A stretch of 64,000 bases of DNA from Octopus vulgaris (lineage: Eukaryota). The stretch spans positions 193,130,001 to 193,194,000 of the forward strand of contig OX597814.1 of the NCBI GenBank assembly GCA_951406725.2. Reading direction: 5' to 3'. The notes beneath the pieces are model-generated. The model was given only the letters and a program-made list of their open reading frames with translations. It did no database searches and was not told where the DNA came from. How positions within the stretch are numbered: position 1 is the first letter of the stretch; each line of letters begins with the position of its first letter. The position numbers and the translations under genes are program-made. Below are positions 54,500 to 64,000 of the stretch, piece by piece.

Positions 54500-55569
54500 A
54501 GATATGCATATATATAAATGTATGTAATATATATACTTTTATATATAGCATATATGTATATATATGTGTGTGTGTGTGTATTCGTATAGTGTATTTATTT
54601 ATAAATATATATGTCGTGCGTGTATATGTATGAAGATATGTCTATATGATTATACATACATACAAACACATACATGCCAACATACACAGGCCTCAGCGAG
54701 AGAGAGACAGACAGAGAGAAAGACAGAGAAAGTGTGTGTGTGTGTGTGTGTGCTTGAGAGAAAGAGAGAGAGAGAAAGAGAAAGAGCAGAAGAGAGGGAG
54801 AGAAAGAGAGAGGGAAGCGAATGCCTGTAAATAGCGAATCTCGCTGTTCATGTCTTCTGTGTACGTTATAACACTGGTCTACAGGAATATCAGTCGAACA
54901 GAGCATTTGTCTGTGTTCGTTCGTACACGAGCTATAATGCTCAACTTACATGTGTTCGTACGGCCACTGTGATTGTCCACCAAAGCGGAATATGGAAAGG
55001 TGCCAGTTTTGTGATGATAATACAGCCCTCAACTCTTTGACACTTGACTTTTAGTTAGTTGTTTGCAGCCCCTCGACTGCAAAGGAAGCAAGCGCTCACA
55101 CTTTTGGTAAACCAAAGTGGGCATTCACTGGAATCTTACTTTTCTTTCTGCTATCGTTTATTTAATTAGCGTGTCGTGCGCGAACTAACACACGTTCGCA
55201 CACACACATACTCATACGCACGCACTCACTTTTTCAAACATACATACACTTACATACACATACATACATACATACATACATACATACATACATACATACA
55301 TACATACATACATACATACATACATACATACCGCTCAGTCTTTCATATTCCGGGGCTCTATTCCTTCTCTCAGCTCACTCATGCTCCTTTACTCAGACGT
55401 ATATATATATTAAGACTGATATATATATATATATATATATATATGTGCATACATATGCATGCATGTATTGTGTATATGTGTATATATATGCTTCTATGAA
55501 GACTGTATTTTTAGACCAACGAAAATAGAATGTAATTCAAAACCCAAGCATGGCTGCAAACCCCGTGTG

Positions 55570-55867
55570 TGAGGCAGCTGTAGTCGTTGGTATTGAAACA
55601 TCGACGCGCCCTTACTGTAAAATGAAACCGCCGGATATTCCAAGTTGGTTTAATCAAACGTTTATAAAGAAGCTACGTAACAGCAGCTGTTGGCAGTTCT
55701 ATTTAAAACAGTGTTCGCCACCGGCTAAGGGACATTTTCAGGAAAACCATCACACCACAACAATCACTGTGGTTGTTTTTTTCTTTATAATTATCGGATT
55801 AATTGTTCTTTTGTTTATAATTAATCGACACTGGCGATTTGGCCATATCATGTCGAACGCGGTGAGT
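55570..55867 (+). promoter_or_regulatory. Candidate promoter and first exon (TATA-like, ATG, splice donor)
   Basis: Unique sequence; CAGCTG E-boxes at ~55575 and ~55684, TATTTAAA at ~55700, ATCATGTCGAACGCG|GTGAGT at 55846-55867. Confidence 0.3.
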
Positions 55868-56229
55868 AAACGTTTCAATAAAAACAAAACCAGTAACGAA
55901 AAACTTTCCAGGCAATCAGCGCAGTGTTTGTACCGAATGGATACTCCTGAGGGTAGGTAGATGTGAAGTTATTCTTTATTGAATTATATAAGTATTTTGA
56001 AAAAAAATGAAAAGAAAAAAAAAGAGAAAAAAATGGAAGAAAGAAAAGAGAAAAGAAAGAAAGAAGAGACAAAGGATTATGGAGAAAAGAGAGTGAAAGA
56101 TAGAGAGAGAAAGCGAGGAAGAATTACAGACATCGCGAACCATTCACTGGCATCGTTCTGTTGTTATATTTATATACGTTCTTGTCAACATTGCTATATT
56201 TAAAGTTTTTGCACGGCATTACACACTCA

Positions 56230-56235
56230 AACACA

Positions 56236-56279
<44 letters not shown>

Positions 56280-56540
56280 AACAAACACACACACAAACAC
56301 ACTATATATATGTGTGTGTGTGTGCAAATGTGTGTATATAAATATAAATATGAATATAAATATAAATATATATATATATGTTTACACACCTCTATATGAA
56401 GATATATATACATGAAGATATATATACATGAAGATATATATACACACACACACACACACACAAACAAACACACACACAAACACACTATATATATATGTGT
56501 GTGTGTGTGTGCATATGTGTGTATATAAATATAAATATGA

Positions 56541-56571
<31 letters not shown>

Positions 56572-56600
56572 TGTTTACACACCTCTATATGAAGATATAT
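56230..56600. repeat. ~190-bp tandem duplication of microsatellite-rich unit
   Basis: ATAAATATGAATATAAAT...GTTTACACACCTCTATATGAAG occurs twice. Confidence 0.85.
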
Positions 56601-57081
56601 ATATATATATATATATAAACTTATATATATATATATATATGTAGCAGTTTGTTAATCTTATATTTTTTTGCAAACAATTTATTTTTGATAAAAAAAAATT
56701 AAAAACAAAACACTGTAAAAATTCCCGCAAAATACTAAAAAAAAATACTATGGATTCTGTTATATTTTTACTCCCTTCGTTTGTTAATTACAATGTTAAT
56801 TATGAATAGTTTGTATTCAAATAAGAAAAAAAAAAGAAAAGAAAAATACAAAAAAAGAAACCAACAGCGAAGTTGCTCCTTGTTTGTTGTTTTTGTTTTT
56901 CTTATAAATTCTTGTGTTGCGTTATTCTTTATTTTTGTTTGTTTGTTTTTTCTTTTACTCTGTTTTATTTATTTATTTATCTATTTATTATTGTTTTTTT
57001 CATTTCGTTGTTTATTTAGTTGTTTATTATTTTTGGCAGTCATATGTTCCTATTAAACAAATATTTGGCTGTTTTTTTGTT

Positions 57082-57509
57082 TTACTCTTTTTACTCTTTT
57101 TACTCTTTTACTTGTTTCAGTCATTTGACTGCGGCCATGCTGGAGCACCGCTTTTATAGTCGAGCAAATCGATCCCGGGACTTATTCTTTGTAAGCCCAG
57201 TACTTATTCTATCGGTCTCTTTTGCCGAACCGCTAAGTGACGGGGCCGTAAACACACCAGCATCGGTTGTCAAGCAATGCTAGGGGGACAAACACAGACA
57301 CACAAACATGTACACACACACTTATATACATATATATACATATATACGACAGGCTTCTTTCAGTTTCCGTCTACCAAATCCACTCACAAGGCATTGGTCG
57401 GCCCGGGGATATAGCAGAAGACACTTGCCCAAGGTGCCACGCAGTGGGACTGAACCCGGAACCATGTGGTTGGTTAGCAAGCTACTTACCACACAGCCAC
57501 TCCTGCGCC
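57082..57509 (-). mobile_element. SINE-B full length, flanked by ~100-bp direct repeat
   Basis: Flanks 56978-57083 and 57512-57611 nearly identical. Confidence 0.93.
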
Positions 57510-57900
57510 TATATCTATTTATTATTTTTTTCATTTCGTTGTTTATTTAGTTGTTTATTATTTTTGGCAGTCATATGTTCCTATTAAACAAATATTTGCT
57601 GTTTTTTGTTTATTTACTTATTTATATTTTTTGTTTTAGTTCTTTTTTTTTGCCTTTTTTTATTCATCCAATCAAGGATTAGACAAGAAATATAATAGAT
57701 AAAAAAAAATGAAGGTTATAAGAAACTATTGAGGTAACAGAGTGAGAACGTTTATTTAACGTGGATTATACGCACACGCATACACACATGCACACACATA
57801 CACACAAAGACACAGACGCACACACATACACAGGTGTTTGCATATATATAATATAATATATATATGAGTGTGTGTCTGTATCTATATATGTGTATATATA

Positions 57901-57936
<36 letters not shown>

Positions 57937-58413
57937 TGTATGTATGTATGTATGTATGTATGTATGTATGTATATGTGTATGTGTGTGAGTATGTATGTA
58001 TGCATGTATGTATGTACGTATTTATGTATGTATGTATGTATGTATGTATGTATGTATGCATGTATGTACGTATTTATGTATGTATGTATGTACGTATTTA
58101 TGTATGTATGTATGTGTGCATGTGTGTATGTATGTATGCATGTGTGTATGTATGTATGTATGTATGTGTATATGCATGTGTGTAGTATGCATGTGTGTAT
58201 GTATGTATGTATGCATGTGTGTATGTATGTATGTATTTATGTATGTATGTATGCATGCATGCATGTGTGTATGTATGTATGCATGTATGTATGTATGTAT
58301 GTATGTATGTATACGCATTCACGCCTATTTATGTTTTCAACCTGTCTAATATATTCTATTTTCTTATCAACAACCTACCTACTTACCTATATAGATATAT
58401 ACATGCATACATA

Positions 58414-58462
<49 letters not shown>

Positions 58463-58497
58463 AATATGTATATATATATATACATATATATTTTTAT

Positions 58498-58537
<40 letters not shown>

Positions 58538-58686
58538 ATATATATATATATATATGTATATACATGGACACACTGATACCGTTATTTATCTGTTATACAC
58601 ACCTATTTATAAATACACACCTATTTTTATTTATTCACCCATCCGCTATTTTCTTATCAGCTTACCAATAAATGCATGTATATACG

Positions 58687-58724
<38 letters not shown>

Positions 58725-59266
58725 CGTGTGTGTGTGTATGTATGTATGTATGTATGTATGTATGTATGTATGTATGTATGTATGTATGTATGTGCGTGTG
58801 TGTGTGCATCTATGTTTGTGTGTGAGTGAAAGAGACGGTCTATTTATCTATTTACTTTTCTACCTATCCTTTTATCTATCCATCAATCCTTTTATCTACC
58901 TACCGATCTCCTTTCTCCATGCTCGCGCGCGCTCACACTGTCTGACACGCATACACATGTTTCCAGCTATGTTTATCGCTCTCTCTCTGCGAGTTTCAGT
59001 TAAACTCTGTCTCAGCGACCAGATTGCAGAGTTGCGACGAAAATTTTGACACACCCCGCTTCCTTTGGAGACAACCGAGAAGTGAATACAAGGGACCTTT
59101 GTGAGCTTCAATTAGCAAAATAGGTCTAAATAGATGTAATTACTCTCTATGTAACATTATCTCTTTATCTATAAATGCGTTTATGCTTTATCTATCTATG
59201 TCAGATATATATATATATGTGAGTGTGTGTGTGTGTGTATGTGTGTGTGTGGGAGTGTGTGTATAA

Positions 59267-59352
<86 letters not shown>

Positions 59353-59374
59353 CAGATGGATATATATATATTCT

Positions 59375-59591
59375 TTTATTCTTTTTACTTGTTTTAGTCA
59401 TTTGATTGCGGCCCTGCTGGAGCACCGCCTTTAGTTGCACAAATCAACCCCCAGGACTTATTCTTTGTAAGCCTAGTACTTATTCTAACGGTCTCCTTTT
59501 GCCGAACTGCTAAGTTACGGGGACGTAAACACACCAACATCGGACAAACACAGGCACACATACATACACACACACACACCGAGGCACGCAT

Positions 59592-59659
<68 letters not shown>

Positions 59660-60377
59660 TTTTCCGTCTACCAAATCCACTCACAAGGCTTTGGCCGGCC
59701 CGAGACTAAAGCAGAAGACACTTGCCTAAGGTGCCAAGCAGTGGGACTGAACCCGGCACCATGTGGTTGGGAAGCAAGTGTCTAACCATACAGCCACTCC
59801 TGTTAGTCTGGAGCAAAGTGAAATGAAGTGTTTTGCTCAAGAACACAAAGCGCAGCAAGTCTCAGAATCGAAATCACAATCTCGCGGTTGTGAATGCAAC
59901 ACCCCTGGCCACGAAGCCAGGTGCCTTCATACACACACATACACTCCTCGCCCATACACACGTGTGCTTTTTATTCTTTGTTATTTTACATGTTTTAGGC
60001 ATTTGACTGCGGCCATGCTGGAGCACTGCCGTTAGTCGAACAAAACGACCCCAAGACTTACTCTTTGTAAAACTAGTACTAATTTTCTCGGTCTCTTTTG
60101 CAGAACCGCTAAGTTATGGGGTCGTAAACATACCAACATCGGTTGTCAAGCGATGGTGGTGGTGGGACAGACACAAACACACACACATAAACATATACAT
60201 CTATCTATATATATATATACTACGAGCTCCTTTCAGTTTCCGTAAACCAAATCCACTGACAAGGCTTTTGGTCGGTCCGAGGCTATAGTAGAAGACATCT
60301 GCCCAAGGTGCCACGTAGTAGGATTGAACCTGAAACCATGTGGTTGAGAAGCAAGCTTCTTACCACACAGCCACTCT
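59375..60377 (-). mobile_element. Two SINE-B copies (59375-59802, 59965-60377) with an old CORE-SINE head between (~59805-59928)
   Basis: Family consensus matches; TTGCTCAAGAACACAA is the reverse CORE motif. Confidence 0.88.
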
Positions 60378-60400
60378 TACTTGTATGTATATATGCATGC

Positions 60401-60433
<33 letters not shown>

Positions 60434-60666
60434 TGTATGTATGTATGTATGTATGTATGTATGTATGTATGTATGTATGTATGTCTCTGTGTGTGTGTAT
60501 GTATGTATCTATGAATCTATGTATTTAGCTGTCAGATGATTCGTTCGAATTTTTTTTGCCTTTTTTTTTCGTCCTCTTTGCACTCGGTCGTCATGCGTCT
60601 GAAAAGAGACAAAATTTATTCAAATTTCAAAAGCAATAAATAAAAATTTTAAAGGAAGAACAGAGC

Positions 60667-60672
60667 AACAAT

Positions 60673-60766
<94 letters not shown>

Positions 60767-60772
60767 GCAACA
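60667..60772. repeat. (CAA)n microsatellite
   Basis: Direct reading. Confidence 0.97.
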
Positions 60773-61130
60773 AAAGAAAATCCATAAAACAATACAATAA
60801 AAATATTTTTCGTGTTTTGAAAATAATTAAAATGAAACGAAAAAAAAAAAAGACAAGAAATATACGAAAGATTTATCTGATAACCTCATATATATTGTAC
60901 GCATGCATGTATAAATGTACGAATGGATGGAGAGAGGGAACGAGGGAAGGAAGGATGGATGGATCAATCTCGTCCTCATTTTCTCTTTTTTTCTCTTACT
61001 CTCTCACTGTCAGTCAAAACTTTTGGTGAAGTAGGCTTCTTTTTCTGCTGTTCCAGGCGTCACAACTACCCGTTCTTGCAGCTCACACACAAACTTAAAC
61101 TATGGATTTCCCTGTAGAGATTTTAGCCTT

Positions 61131-61200
<70 letters not shown>

Positions 61201-62276
61201 TCTCTCTCTCTCTCGCACTCTCTCTTTCTCTTTTCTCCACACGCACACACATATATAAATATATATATGTAGGCTCGGGAACATGGGTTATGCACCCACT
61301 GAAATTTTGTTGGGGCAATGAAAACGCTTTGAAAATTCTGAGGTAGATCTGAGTTTTTTACCCCCTCAACAAATTTCGGTCCCGTACTTATGTATGTATG
61401 TATGTATGTATGTATGTATGTATGTATGTATGTATGTATGTATGTATGTATGTATGAATGTTTGTGTGTACTTGTGTGTGTATATGTGCGTGTGTGTATG
61501 TATGTGTGTGTGTGTGTGTGTGTTTGTGTGTGTGTGTGCATATATACAAGTATGTTGATGCAGACAGGAAAAATAGAACTCAAGTTATGAGTATATGTAT
61601 AACTAGACCTACAATGAGTAAGTCCTGGGGTCGATTTGCTCGACTAAAGGCGGTGCTCCAGCATGGCCGCAGTCAAATTACTGAAACAAGTAAAAGAGTA
61701 GCAAAGTACTGCCTCGAGCCTAAGACCCCAAATGTCCGGCAACCCGGTTTCCATGACGTATAAGTGATCAAGATCACAACACAAGGACACAACACATCGC
61801 CCTGTCCAGAAACTGAAACCACGATCTTAGGAACGTGAGCGCAACGCCCTAACTACCAGGCTACGCGACTTCACCCTTTTTTTTTTTTAATGTACAGTGT
61901 AAATCAATGAAAATTTTGCTTCTATTTCTAGCAGATCAAGCGACCATGTTGTCGACTCTAGTTCGCTCAGTTGTATTTATTGTTGTTGTTGCTGCTGTTG
62001 TTGTTATTTAACCTTATTTTAGCGCCACCCCCCTTTTTTTTTCATGATCAGTCACACTGTATCTCGTCCCATTACCCAACGTGAACTTCCTTTTTCTTTT
62101 CTTAAGCATCTAGAGTCTGATATGGGGAAGTTTTCGCTGCTATTTTTAGCATATCGAATAACCACCACAAAGCTTTCTTGTTGGTTCGTGTGTCTGTTGC
62201 GCGTGCATGTGTGTTTGCGCATGTGTGTGTGTGTGTGTGTGTGTTTGAGTCTATGTGTGTTAAATGTATGTATTAC

Positions 62277-62429
62277 GTGGCTGTGTGGTAAGTAGCTTGC
62301 TTACCAACCACATGGTTCCAGGTTCAGTCCCACTGCGTGGCACCTTGGGCAAGTGTCTTCTACTATAGCCTTGGGACGACCAAAGCCTTGTGAGTGGATT
62401 TGGTAGACGGAAACTGAAAGAAGACCGTC

Positions 62430-62513
<84 letters not shown>

Positions 62514-62754
62514 ATGTATGTATGTATGTATGTATGTATGTGTGTATGTTGGCGTGTGTTTGTCCACCAACATCGCTTGACATCGAAGCTGGTGTGTTTA
62601 CGCCCCGATAACTTAGCGGTTCGGCAAAAGAGACCGATAGAATAAGTACTAGGCTTACAAAAAAAATAAGTCCTGGGGTCGATTTGCTCGACTAAAGGCG
62701 GTGCTCCAGCATGGCCACAGTCAAATGACTGAAACAAGTAAAAGAGTAAAAGAG
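62277..62754 (+). mobile_element. SINE-B near full length
   Basis: Family consensus match. Confidence 0.92.
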
Positions 62755-63293
62755 TACTCATCATTTTATATAAACACCCAGAAATTTGATAAAAGGTAAA
62801 TTATGATAATTTTAAGTATGGTGGTGCTCCAGCATGGCCGCAGTCAAAATGAGTGAAACGAATAAAAGAATAAAAGAATATCTGTAATGTTAGTGTGTGA
62901 GTTGCTTAAACGGTGTTTGTGTGCAGCTGTAGGACGCGTAGAGCTGTGAGTGTGTGTGTGAGAGAGCTTACGCGTGCACACGTGTTGGTTATGTGTGCGT
63001 TGCTTTGCATGCATGCGTTTCCTGTACAAGTGTTTGCATTTGGGAATATACACATGAATATAATCCCCTAAGTTGGCCATTTGAATGAATAAATACGTGT
63101 TTCTAAGCACTATATATATATATAACAATTGTAGCGTGGAAGGTGTTTGTAAGCCATTTAAGAAACACACAAAAGCCGTTCGATTCACTTCAACATTTAA
63201 GTTTAATTTGTCAAAATATTTTCGTCGCTAAAATCCGCGACAAAAATCACTGACAAAAATCCGTGCTGCATCTCATGCTATGCGAGTACATCT

Positions 63294-63368
<75 letters not shown>

Positions 63369-63369
<1 letters not shown>

Positions 63370-63730
63370 TACTCTTTACTCTTTTACTCTTTTACTTGTT
63401 TCAGTCATTTGACTGCGGCCATGCTGGAGCACCGCCTTTAGTCGAGCAACTCGACCCCGGGACTTATTCTTTTGTAAGCCCAGTACTTATTATATCGGTC
63501 TCTTTTGCCGAACCGCTAGGTGATGGGGACGTAAACACACCAGCATCGGTTGTCAAGCAATGCTAGGGGGACAAACACAGACACACAAACATATACACAC
63601 ACATACATATATATATATACATATATACGACAGGCTTCTTTCAGTTTCCGTCTACCAAATCCACTCACAAGGCTTTGGTCGGCCCGAGGCTATAGCAGAA
63701 GACACTTGCCCAAGATGCCACGCAGTGGGA
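63369..63730 (-). mobile_element. SINE-B, 5'-truncated
   Basis: Family consensus match; very similar to the 57082-57509 subfamily. Confidence 0.92.
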
Positions 63731-64000
63731 CACACACACACATACAAAATTAAGAGGTATGACCTCTAAAGTGGACACCTATATGCTAAACATAGACGTC
63801 AAATCGTCATTACCACGAAGAATGTGTTCTCAAGAAAAATATTTCGTATATTTTCTTTTGTCTTTCTCATTTTTACATTTTGGCGTTTTGCTGAGATTTT
63901 TCTTGTGAACACGACTAAAGGTGGTGCTCCAGCATGGCCGCAGTCAAATGACTGAAACAAGTAAAAGAGTAAAAGAGAGAGAGTATTCAAAGTAAAAGTG

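Noticed and set aside
55550-55960. 136-aa ORF as a single-exon membrane protein
   Set aside because: The hydrophobic stretch comes from T-rich sequence; no recognisable domain
61057-61098. Coding exon 2 continuing the MSNA start
   Set aside because: Reading in phase 0 hits TAA after 13 codons and no good donor follows

Overview
Eukaryotic, repeat-saturated, mostly non-coding DNA. The SINE families and extreme microsatellite load resemble an octopus/coleoid cephalopod genome (inference from recalled SINE sequences, not a database search). No host protein-coding exon could be identified with confidence; nearly all listed ORFs are translated microsatellites or SINE sequence. The window holds about 45 copies or fragments of four tRNA-derived SINE families (informally A-D). 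LINE remnants include an uninterrupted 5'-truncated CR1-type RT, R4/Dong-type pieces and a possible Tx1/L1 relic. DNA-transposon content includes two Tc1 and two mariner pseudogenes, several MITEs and a Helitron fragment. Most notable: (1) several families of short (TA)n-associated non-coding elements with minimal type-I hammerhead-ribozyme folds of the Penelope/retrozyme kind, two showing covarying stems; (2) a GG-ended MITE with an 8-bp TSD carrying internal telomeric CCCTAA repeats; (3) an old inverted duplication of unique non-coding sequence (10.6-11.8 kb vs 16.4-17.2 kb); (4) a SINE flanked by a ~100-bp direct duplication; (5) recurrent composite SINEs and inverted SINE pairs. Boundaries of diverged repeats are approximate.
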